A DNA stretch of 64,000 bases from Bacteroidales bacterium. GTDB lineage: Bacteria; Bacteroidota; Bacteroidia; Bacteroidales; UBA7960. The stretch lies in NCBI GenBank assembly GCA_035477775.1, contig DATIKH010000080.1, positions 41-64,040 of the forward strand. Direction: 5' to 3'. The notes beneath the pieces were generated by a model that ran no database searches, had not been told where the DNA came from, and worked only from the letters and a program-made list of their open reading frames with translations. The translations under genes were made by a program, and so were the position numbers. Of the stretch, positions 38,105 through 45,987 are shown piece after piece (position 1 is the stretch's first letter; every line of letters starts with the position of its first letter).

Positions 38105-39424
38105 ATGAAACTTCTAAAATCAATCCTTATTATTGTAATGATGTTGCCCTTATTTTCATGCAACAGGGCCGACCGACCAATCGACCCGATGACTCTTGGC
38201 CCTGCTATAGTAGAACTGCGCAATGTAGAAGGCAGGTATCGCCTGTTTGTAAACGATGAAGAATTCTTTGTTAAAGGTGCAGGATGCGAATTTGGTCCAT
38301 GCTATATGATAGCTGCTCATGGAGGCAATGCAATTCGTACCTGGCGAACAGACAACCAGCAGAAGAGCGGCCGCGAAGTGTTGGACGAAGCCTGGGAAAA
38401 CGGCCTGATGGTTATGATGGGTCTGGATGTTGGGCGCGAGCGCCACGGGTTTGATTATAGCGACGAAGCTGCTGTAGCTGCACAGCTCGAAAAATTAAGG
38501 GAAGAAGTTATGGAGCTACGCGGCCACCCGGCACTGCTTGGATGGGGAATTGGAAACGAACTAAACCTCCATTACACCAATACTAAGGTTTGGGACGCCG
38601 TGAACGACATTGCAAAAATGATCAGGGAGGTAGATGGCAACAATGTTACCACCACCATGCTGGCTGGAATTAACCGCAGAGATGTTCAATACATTAAAGA
38701 AAAAGCACCGTACCTCGACTTCATATCAATACAAATGTATGGGGATATTATCAACTTGCAGCAACGCATAAAAGAATCAGGCTTTACAGGCCCTTATCTG
38801 ATTACCGAATGGGGTGCCACAGGCCACTGGGAGGTTGCCCTTACTGAATGGGGATCGCCTATTGAGCAAACTTCGGCCGAGAAAGCCGACGCCATAAAAG
38901 AAAGGTATCAAAAAGCAATCCTTGCCGATGATGCCAATTGCTTAGGTTCGTTTGTATTTCTTTGGGGACAGAAACAGGAGCGCACACCAACCTGGTATGG
39001 CCTTTTTACCGAAACAGGCGAAAAAACAGAAGCCATTAAAGTGATGGAGTACCTATGGACTGGTCAAAAACCAGCAATTGCTGCACCAAGGATCAATGAA
39101 ATTACTATTGAAGGCAAAGGCGGGCGTTTCGACAATGTAAGGCTCGAGGCCAATGGCGAATATGTCGTAAAATTTACCGTGGAATATCCCATGATGGAAA
39201 ACCTTACCGTAAGAGCAGAAATTATGCCCGAACCGGTTGAATTAAGTGTAGGTGGCGATTATGAGCGCAGACCGGTATCTATTGAAGGGCTCATTCAGGA
39301 AGCAAATACTTCGCAGGTAATTTTCAGGGCGCCACAAACAAAAGGTGCACATAGGGTTTTTGTATATGTCACCGACAATGAAAACTTTGTAGCAACGGCC
39401 AATGTGCCGTTTTATGTAAGGTAG
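38105..39424 (+). CDS. Clan GH-A (beta/alpha)8 glycoside hydrolase lipoprotein, possibly endo-beta-1,3-glucanase (GH158/GH17-like)
   Basis: Lipobox LFSC. Acid/base-type WGIGNELN and nucleophile-type LITEWGA spaced as in clan GH-A. C-terminal ~90-aa beta-rich domain. Family assignment rests on context only. Confidence 0.6.
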   Translation: MKLLKSILIIVMMLPLFSCNRADRPIDPMTLGPAIVELRNVEGRYRLFVNDEEFFVKGAGCEFGPCYMIAAHGGNAIRTWRTDNQQKSGREVLDEAWENGLMVMMGLDVGRERHGFDYSDEAAVAAQLEKLREEVMELRGHPALLGWGIGNELNLHYTNTKVWDAVNDIAKMIREVDGNNVTTTMLAGINRRDVQYIKEKAPYLDFISIQMYGDIINLQQRIKESGFTGPYLITEWGATGHWEVALTEWGSPIEQTSAEKADAIKERYQKAILADDANCLGSFVFLWGQKQERTPTWYGLFTETGEKTEAIKVMEYLWTGQKPAIAAPRINEITIEGKGGRFDNVRLEANGEYVVKFTVEYPMMENLTVRAEIMPEPVELSVGGDYERRPVSIEGLIQEANTSQVIFRAPQTKGAHRVFVYVTDNENFVATANVPFYVR

Positions 39425-39445
39425 AAATGCCTTAGCTAAAATTTA

Positions 39446-39577
39446 AGGGTTGTATCAGAGGTCTCGTTTTCAGGCGGTTGTGGATTTTGAAAATCTGCCA
39501 GGCAGGGAACAATTGGTTGGGGGAAACTGTGGTTTGCAGAATAGGGGTCCCTGCCAGAGACCGGATGGTACAACCCT
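39446..39577 (+). other. 132-nt imperfect palindromic/structured element (RNA structure or MITE-like)
   Basis: AGGGTTGTATCA (39446-39457) pairs with TGGTACAACCCT (39566-39577). GGTCTC (39460-65) pairs with GAGACC (39557-62). GGCAGGGA (39501-08) pairs with TCCCTGCC (39548-55). Followed by GTTTTA. Confidence 0.55.
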
Positions 39578-39618
39578 GTTTTAGAACCAGATGATTTTTT
39601 AAATTCAATAACCATCCT

Positions 39619-42600
39619 ATGAAAGTAAAGAAACAGCAAATTGGCTTGTTTCCTGTCGAATTTAAGAATGGGCAAGTTGAAGGAGAACTTTTACATTTCA
39701 ACGGAGAGGAAATGTATTGCATCCGCAATTTCGACTGCATGCCCCCTTTTTTAATGAATATCGTGAGCAGTTCCGATCTGTGGATGTACCTGTCGAGCAG
39801 CGGCGGGCTTACAGCCGGAAGGCAAAACTACAACAATGCTTTGTTTCCATACGAAACCGATGACAAGTTGCATGTTGCAGCGGCCAATACCGGCCCGGTT
39901 ACTATCATCAGGATTCTGGAAGAAGGGAATGCCATTCTTTGGGAACCTTTTTCCGACAACTACAAGGGATTATATACCATTGAGCGAAACCTTTACAAGA
40001 ACGAAACAGGAAACAAAATTCTGTTTGAGGAAAATAACCTTGACCTGAAGCTTACTTTCCGGTATTGCTGGATGAACAGCGATCATTTGGGATGGGTGCG
40101 CCGCGCCGAACTTTTAAACAACTCAGTTGAAACCCGTCATGTCGAATTACTTGATGGACTTCTAAATATACTGCCGTGGGGCATTGGTCGCGAAACTCAA
40201 AGCATGATGAGTACACTCATGGATGCTTACAAGGTTAGTGAGTTGTTGGCTAAACATTCCATGGCGCTTTACTACCTTTCGTCGGTGCCTATTGACCGGG
40301 CCGAGCCCAATGAGGCGCTTCGCACCAACCTGGTATGGACTTTTGGTTTAGAGCCAAAAAATATTCTATTGTCGGCTAGGCAAATCCAAAATTTTAAAGA
40401 AGGAGCCATTCTGGAAGCAGAGCCCAGGATCTTTGGTCAGAAAACAGCTTTTTTGCTGGAATCTTCTTTTTCCTTAGCGGCCAACGAAAAGAAGGCCTGG
40501 TACCTCATAGCAGATGTTGCAAAGGACCACACGGAGATTGTGGCAATACAAAACAATATCGAAAAGCAATCTAACCTTATCGATTATATTGAAAAAAGCG
40601 TTGAACATTGCAGCCACAGGCTTAGCAGATTGGTGGCAGCAGCAGACGGAGTACAGCATACAGGCGATGCTTTGAACGATCGCAGGCATTTTGCCAATGT
40701 GCTATTCAACCTGTTGCGGGGTGGGATTTTTGAGCAGGGCTATCAAATCGAAAAAACGGATTTTCTGGAACACATCAAGGAAAGAAACCCTGTGGTGTAC
40801 GAAAAACATCGGCATTTGATTGTCAATATGGAAGACAGCCTTTGTTTGGACAGCCTCTTGAAAATTTGCGATGTTGACGACGACCTGCTGAGGATGGCAT
40901 ACGAATACCTTCCATTGGGTTTCAGCCGCCGGCACGGCGACCCTAGCCGACCTTGGAACTTTTTTGACATAAAGGTAAAAAAAGCGGATGGGACACTCTC
41001 GTTCAACTATCAGGGAAACTGGCGTGATATTTTTCAGAACTGGGAAGCATTAGGCTTTTCTTTTCCGGCTTTTATACCCGGAATGGTATTACGTTTCCTC
41101 AATGCCTCAACTGCTGATGGATACAATCCTTACCGGCTCACAAGACAGGGATTCGACTGGGAAGTGCCTGAACCAGAAAATCCCTGGGCATATATCGGAT
41201 ATTGGGGCGACCACCAGATTATTTACCTGCTGAGTCTCATGGAGCTACAGGAAAAATTCTTCCCCGGATCGTTGATGAAGTATGCTAACCGCAACCTGTT
41301 TGTGTATGCTCAGGTGCCATACAGAATTAAAAAATATCAAGAAATTCTGCAAAATCCTAAGGACACCATAGTCTTCGATTGGGAAATGCACAACTATCTG
41401 ATAAAAAATGCACAAACCCATGGTAATGATTTCAAATTGGTTCATTACCAGAATGGTCAGTTGCAGCGGGGCGGTTTTATCGAAAAAATTCTGGTTGCCC
41501 TGCTTACCAAACTAAGCAACTTTGTGCCTGATGCCGGAATCTGGCTCAACACCCAACGCCCCGAATGGAATGATGCCAACAATGCCTTGGTAGGAAATGG
41601 AGCTTCTGTTGTTACGCTTTGCCATATTCATCGTTTTGTGAAATTCCTTGAAGAGATTCTGAAAAACAGCCAGGAAACCTCCTTCAGCCTTGGGCTGGAG
41701 GTTTCGAATTTTTTCAAAAACATATCCGGTGTTTTTTCAAAGTTCAGGCCCGAATTGCGAGGCGGGTTTACGCCCTCTTCACGAAAGGCAATTACCGATG
41801 CGCTGGGTTTGGCTGGAGAACATTACAGGGAGAGCGTTTATAAAGGTTTTGGCGGTCAGTTTCAAACCCTTTCGAAAGACGAACTTTTGGCATTTTTAGG
41901 AAATTTGCAAGAAGTTACCAATCACTATGTTTTAGAAAGCCGTCGTAAGGATGGATTGTATCATTCCTACAACCTTTTGGAATTTAAAGAGAATGGGATT
42001 GAAGTTAATCACTTGGGTCTAATGGTAGAAGGCCAGGTAGCCATACTAAAAAGTGGCATTCTTAACCAGGAGCAAACCAAAGCATTGCTTCAGGTTCTTT
42101 TTGAAAGCAATTTGTGGAGACCCGACCAAAAAAGTTTCATGTTGTATCCGTGGCGCGACCTGCCTGGTTTCATGGAGAAAAATCGAATAGATCCACAACT
42201 GATCGATAAATCTTTATGGCTCAAAACCCAAATAAAGGATGGTAAAACTGGAATTGTAAAACAGGATGAACTGGGTAATTTATACTTCAATTCCGATCTG
42301 CAAAATACCCGCATTCTACAGGAAAGGTTACAGGAGTATGCGCTAAAAAGCGAAGGCCAGCTTACAAAAGAGGAAATTTCTATTATTGCTGGTATTTATG
42401 AGCAGGTTTTTTCGCACAGGTACTTTACAGGAAGGTCCGGTTCATTTTATAAGTATGAGGGCTTGGGGTCCATTTACTGGCACATGATTTCTAAACTGTT
42501 GCTTACGGTAGGGGAGTGCATAACCAATTTTGAAAGCCAGGTCACCCTCAGTAGCGATTTGTCATCTTTGTACGCTTACTACCAACAAATCCGTGAAGGA

Positions 42601-43002
42601 ATTGGAGTTCACAAAAAACCTCAGGCTTATGGCGCTTTCCCTACCGATCCATATTCTCATACACCTGTAATGATGGGCGCACAGCAACCAGGATTGACAG
42701 GCCAGGTGAAAGAAGACATACTAAGCAGATTCTATGAATTGGGAATACGTGTCGAAAACGGCATGATTGGCATTAAAAAAAGTATGCTTACCAACAATCT
42801 ATTTGATGAAGCAGGCAAGTGTGCCTTTACCCTTTTCAATACAAGTTTTGTGCTGGAGAATGCCAAGCCCACCAATGCCAGAATCGTATATGCAAGCGGG
42901 GATGTGTTAGATGTAAAATGCCAACCCCTGTTTTTGCCGGTTGACATTTCATCGGAATTATTTCATAGAAAAAACACAATCAGCAAAGTCGTTTTTTACT
43001 GA
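39619..43002 (+). CDS. Large cytoplasmic protein; candidate (alpha/alpha)6 glycoside phosphorylase (GH149/GH161/GH94-like) for beta-1,3-glucan oligosaccharides
   Basis: 1127 aa with no signal peptide or lipobox. Last gene of the GH3-MFS-GH unit. Contains PEWNDANNAL (residues 648-657), reminiscent of the [DE]WND loop of GH94-type phosphorylases, and SRRHGDPSRPWN. I could not verify the family without a search. Confidence 0.5.
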   Translation: MKVKKQQIGLFPVEFKNGQVEGELLHFNGEEMYCIRNFDCMPPFLMNIVSSSDLWMYLSSSGGLTAGRQNYNNALFPYETDDKLHVAAANTGPVTIIRILEEGNAILWEPFSDNYKGLYTIERNLYKNETGNKILFEENNLDLKLTFRYCWMNSDHLGWVRRAELLNNSVETRHVELLDGLLNILPWGIGRETQSMMSTLMDAYKVSELLAKHSMALYYLSSVPIDRAEPNEALRTNLVWTFGLEPKNILLSARQIQNFKEGAILEAEPRIFGQKTAFLLESSFSLAANEKKAWYLIADVAKDHTEIVAIQNNIEKQSNLIDYIEKSVEHCSHRLSRLVAAADGVQHTGDALNDRRHFANVLFNLLRGGIFEQGYQIEKTDFLEHIKERNPVVYEKHRHLIVNMEDSLCLDSLLKICDVDDDLLRMAYEYLPLGFSRRHGDPSRPWNFFDIKVKKADGTLSFNYQGNWRDIFQNWEALGFSFPAFIPGMVLRFLNASTADGYNPYRLTRQGFDWEVPEPENPWAYIGYWGDHQIIYLLSLMELQEKFFPGSLMKYANRNLFVYAQVPYRIKKYQEILQNPKDTIVFDWEMHNYLIKNAQTHGNDFKLVHYQNGQLQRGGFIEKILVALLTKLSNFVPDAGIWLNTQRPEWNDANNALVGNGASVVTLCHIHRFVKFLEEILKNSQETSFSLGLEVSNFFKNISGVFSKFRPELRGGFTPSSRKAITDALGLAGEHYRESVYKGFGGQFQTLSKDELLAFLGNLQEVTNHYVLESRRKDGLYHSYNLLEFKENGIEVNHLGLMVEGQVAILKSGILNQEQTKALLQVLFESNLWRPDQKSFMLYPWRDLPGFMEKNRIDPQLIDKSLWLKTQIKDGKTGIVKQDELGNLYFNSDLQNTRILQERLQEYALKSEGQLTKEEISIIAGIYEQVFSHRYFTGRSGSFYKYEGLGSIYWHMISKLLLTVGECITNFESQVTLSSDLSSLYAYYQQIREGIGVHKKPQAYGAFPTDPYSHTPVMMGAQQPGLTGQVKEDILSRFYELGIRVENGMIGIKKSMLTNNLFDEAGKCAFTLFNTSFVLENAKPTNARIVYASGDVLDVKCQPLFLPVDISSELFHRKNTISKVVFY

Positions 43003-43022
43003 TTGTGTTTCCTTTGTTGAAA

Positions 43023-43046
43023 ATGCAAGGTGCAATTTCCCCACGG
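43023..43046 (+). repeat. 24-nt duplicated segment, copy A (ATGCAAGGTGCAATTTCCCCACGG)
   Basis: Read directly. Matches 43757-43780 at 20 of 24 positions without gaps. Lies 46 nt from the rubrerythrin stop. Confidence 0.85.
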
Positions 43047-43091
43047 AGTGGGGCATCCAAAGCACAATTTTCAGTGCATGCAGAATGGCGG

Positions 43092-43673
43092 TTAATAATT
43101 CTCGACCCACTCTTCGAAATAGGCTTGTGGGTGGTGACAAGTGGGGCAATTTTTAAGCGCTTTTTCACCTTCATAAATGTAACCACACTTGCGGCAGTAC
43201 CATTTTGTTTTCTTTGAACGGCTAAACACCGAACCATCTTTAACCCTGGACAAAAGTTTCAGGTAGCGTTCCTCGTGGTTTTTTTCGGCGGCAGCAACCA
43301 TCTTGAAAGCAGTAGCAACCTTTTTGAAGCCTTCCTCTTCGGCAATCCGGGCAAATTCTGGATAGAGTTTGGTCCATTCCTCGTTTTCGCCTTCGGCTGC
43401 GTGAAGCAGGTTTTCGGACGTGGTTGATACAGTTCCGGCTGGATAGCTGGCCGTAATTTCAACCATGCCGCCTTCGAGGAAGCTATAGAAAAGTTTGGCA
43501 TGTTGCTTTTCCTGGTCGGATGTTTCGACAAAAAAACCGGCTATTTGTTCGTATCCTTCCTGTTTGGCCACTTTTGCATACATTTCGTAGCGTCGGGCTG
43601 CCTGCGATTCGCCTGCAAAGGCTTTGAGCAGGTTTTTTTCGGTTTGAGTTCCTTTTATGCTTTTTCCTTCCAT
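43092..43673 (-). CDS. rbr: Rubrerythrin
   Basis: Ferritin-like diiron domain (EKNLLKAFAGESQARRYE..., EKQHAKLF, AAEGENEEW) plus a C-terminal rubredoxin-like CRKCG...CPTCHHP. Confidence 0.93.
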   Translation of the reverse strand: MEGKSIKGTQTEKNLLKAFAGESQAARRYEMYAKVAKQEGYEQIAGFFVETSDQEKQHAKLFYSFLEGGMVEITASYPAGTVSTTSENLLHAAEGENEEWTKLYPEFARIAEEEGFKKVATAFKMVAAAEKNHEERYLKLLSRVKDGSVFSRSKKTKWYCRKCGYIYEGEKALKNCPTCHHPQAYFEEWVENY

Positions 43674-43744
43674 AGTTTTAACCCTCCTGAAGTTTGATAG
43701 AAAATGCGTTTATAGTACGATATAGATTCATGCTGGCATCAAAA

Positions 43745-43752
43745 CAAAATTA
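43745..43752 (-). promoter_or_regulatory. Candidate -7 box TAATTTTG for rbr
   Basis: Exact TAnnTTTG, 72 nt upstream of the rbr ATG and immediately adjacent to repeat copy B. Confidence 0.4.
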
Positions 43753-43756
43753 ATGA

Positions 43757-43780
43757 ATGCAAGGTGAAATTTCTCCCCGA
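43757..43780 (+). repeat. 24-nt duplicated segment, copy B (ATGCAAGGTGAAATTTCTCCCCGA)
   Basis: Read directly. Followed by TAA. Confidence 0.85.
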
Positions 43781-43958
43781 TAACTAAGCAAAAGCCTTAT
43801 TCGGCGTAATTTAGAACCAGATTGAATAAAGAAAAGGCCTGTGGATTGAATGAGGTACGCCAGGATGCCAATATTTCAAAACACATCAGAGGCTGAAATT
43901 GGTTTCCTCCCAGTGCTTCAATAGCCTGAAATAAGAAAAGTAATGGCTTCGGTGTTTT

Positions 43959-45260
43959 CTATCTATGCAAGGTTTGAGTGCGATCGGGGCCTGTTGAAAC
44001 AATCACAATGGGGACTTTCACAGAATCCTCGATAAACTGCACGTATTTCTGAAGTTGTCCCGGAAGTTGGCCATAATTGCTGAAGGGTTTCAGATCGCAT
44101 TGCCATCCTTCAAAATCGGTATAAACGGGTTGAAGTTTTTCGGGGTTGTACGAAGTAGGTAGAAACTCAATTTTACTTCCATCGTATTCATAGCCAATAC
44201 ACACCTTGAACTGCTCAAAAACGCTCAGCACATCCACTTTGGTCATAATTAGCCTGGTTGCTCCATTGAGCATTACTGCGTATTTCAGGGCAGGCAGGTC
44301 GAGCCAGCCGCAGCGTCGTGGTCGGCCGGTGGTAGCTCCAAATTCATTGCCGGTCTTTCGCAAAAGGTCGCCGGTACTGTCGAAAAGTTCGGTGGGGAAA
44401 GGTCCGTTTCCAACACGGGTACAGTATGCCTTGAAGATTCCAAAAACCTCGCCGATCCTCGAAGGTGCTATGCCCAAACCGGTACAGGCACCGGTTGCAA
44501 TGGTGTTGCTTGAAGTAACAAATGGGTATGAGCCGAAGTCAATGTCTAACAAAGTGCCCTGGGCACCCTCAGCCAGAATTTTCTGCCCCTGGTCAAGCGC
44601 CTTGTTGATGAATATCTCACTCTCGACCCATTGCAGCGATTTCAGTTGTGCAAGGCTTTCCATCCATCGCAACTCATATTCATCAAAATTCAATCCTTCA
44701 ATTTTGAAATCGGTAATCGAATTTCCCAAGCCTTGTACTATTCGTAAATGAGTTTCCCTGGCCAGGCCATAAATGGAATCGAAATGTTCGGATGCCAGGT
44801 CGGCTACCCTTACGCCCGTTCGGGCAACTTTGTCGGTATAGGCGGGCCCGATGCCTTTTAAGGTGCTGCCAATTTTGTGATTCCCTTTTGCCAGCTCATA
44901 GGCTGCATCGAGCAACCGGTGTGAAGGCAAAATCAGGTGGGCCCTCACAGAAATCAGCAATGAATCATAAAGTTGCTGAGTTGAAAGTGACAACTTTTTA
45001 AGCTCCCTTTCAAAAATGAAGGGATCAATAACCACTCCGCTACCAATAAGGTTTTGTCGACCAGGGTGAAATATACCGGAAGGAATAGTATGGAGAACGT
45101 ACTTTTTGTCGTCGAACTCGATTGTGTGTCCTGCATTGGGCCCTCCCTGAAAACGTGCAATGATATTATACTTAGGAGTAAACACATCAACAATCTTGCC
45201 CTTGCCCTCATCGCCCCATTGCAATCCAAGCAGTACGTCGGCTTTAGTAGCCATACTCAT
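43959..45260 (-). CDS. purA: Adenylosuccinate synthase
   Basis: LLGLQWGDEGKGKIVD P-loop, GIGPAYTDK, GATTGRPRRCGW. The start could be the ATG two codons downstream (45254). Confidence 0.95.
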   Translation of the reverse strand: MSMATKADVLLGLQWGDEGKGKIVDVFTPKYNIIARFQGGPNAGHTIEFDDKKYVLHTIPSGIFHPGRQNLIGSGVVIDPFIFERELKKLSLSTQQLYDSLLISVRAHLILPSHRLLDAAYELAKGNHKIGSTLKGIGPAYTDKVARTGVRVADLASEHFDSIYGLARETHLRIVQGLGNSITDFKIEGLNFDEYELRWMESLAQLKSLQWVESEIFINKALDQGQKILAEGAQGTLLDIDFGSYPFVTSSNTIATGACTGLGIAPSRIGEVFGIFKAYCTRVGNGPFPTELFDSTGDLLRKTGNEFGATTGRPRRCGWLDLPALKYAVMLNGATRLIMTKVDVLSVFEQFKVCIGYEYDGSKIEFLPTSYNPEKLQPVYTDFEGWQCDLKPFSNYGQLPGQLQKYVQFIEDSVKVPIVIVSTGPDRTQTLHR

Positions 45261-45318
45261 TCATTTGGTGTTAATGATTAGACACAAAAAAACGGTTGTT
45301 ACACCGGTTTTAGTATCA

Positions 45319-45326
45319 CAAAGTTA
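45319..45326 (-). promoter_or_regulatory. Candidate -7 box TAACTTTG for purA
   Basis: Exact TAnnTTTG, ~59 nt upstream of the purA ATG in the 78-nt fur-purA spacer. Confidence 0.35.
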
Positions 45327-45338
45327 AGCAAATTCCTT

Positions 45339-45809
45339 TCAGTTTTGCTTCACCTTGCTGCAATCAATGCATATTCCATAGAAAACAAAGGAACGATGTG
45401 TGATTTTGAATTTAAGGATGTTTTCGATCGAGCTTTGAATTTCGTGAAGACGGGGGTCGCAAAACTCCATGACCTTGCCGCATTCGGAACAAATAACATG
45501 GTCGTGTTGCTTGTATTTGTATGACTTTTCGAATTGTGCCACATTTTTTCCAAACTGGTGTTTTATTACCAACTGGCAGTTTAACAGTAGTTCGATGGTA
45601 TTGTATAAAGTAGCCCTGCTGACCCGATATTTGTTGTTTTTCATCGAGATGTAAAGCGATTCTACATCAAAATGTCCATCGGTAAGGTAGATTTCACGCA
45701 GAATACTGTATCGCTCTGGTGTTCGGCGATGACCATTCGCCAAAAGGTAAGCGGTAAAGATGCCTTTCACGGTTTCAAATACTTCCTGATTTATTTTTTT
45801 TTCTTTCAT
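45339..45809 (-). CDS. fur: Fur family transcriptional repressor
   Basis: 156 aa. Winged helix [13 protein letters not shown]...[10 protein letters not shown]. Metal sites [15 protein letters not shown] and CIDC. Confidence 0.85.
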   Translation of the reverse strand: MKEKKINQEVFETVKGIFTAYLLANGHRRTPERYSILREIYLTDGHFDVESLYISMKNNKYRVSRATLYNTIELLLNCQLVIKHQFGKNVAQFEKSYKYKQHDHVICSECGKVMEFCDPRLHEIQSSIENILKFKITHRSFVFYGICIDCSKVKQN

Positions 45810-45987
45810 GGAGTATAAAAATTAGAAGCAATCAAGGCGTTTTAATTTTATAAATCGCAGAAGCCCTCCCGCCGGATTGATAACGGAATTTTATTTGCAC
45901 GGGTGAATGGTTCAAAGATAATTTTTTTATTTAAATTCTTTATAAACAATCTTAATAGGTGCTGATTTTTAGCTTTCTAAACAAAAA

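Noticed and set aside
43005-43217. 70-aa + strand ORF starting at repeat copy A and running antisense into rbr
   Set aside because: It overlaps the well-supported rubrerythrin gene on the opposite strand. Only its first 8 codons after the internal Met (the duplicated segment) are noteworthy, and they are reported as a finding instead.
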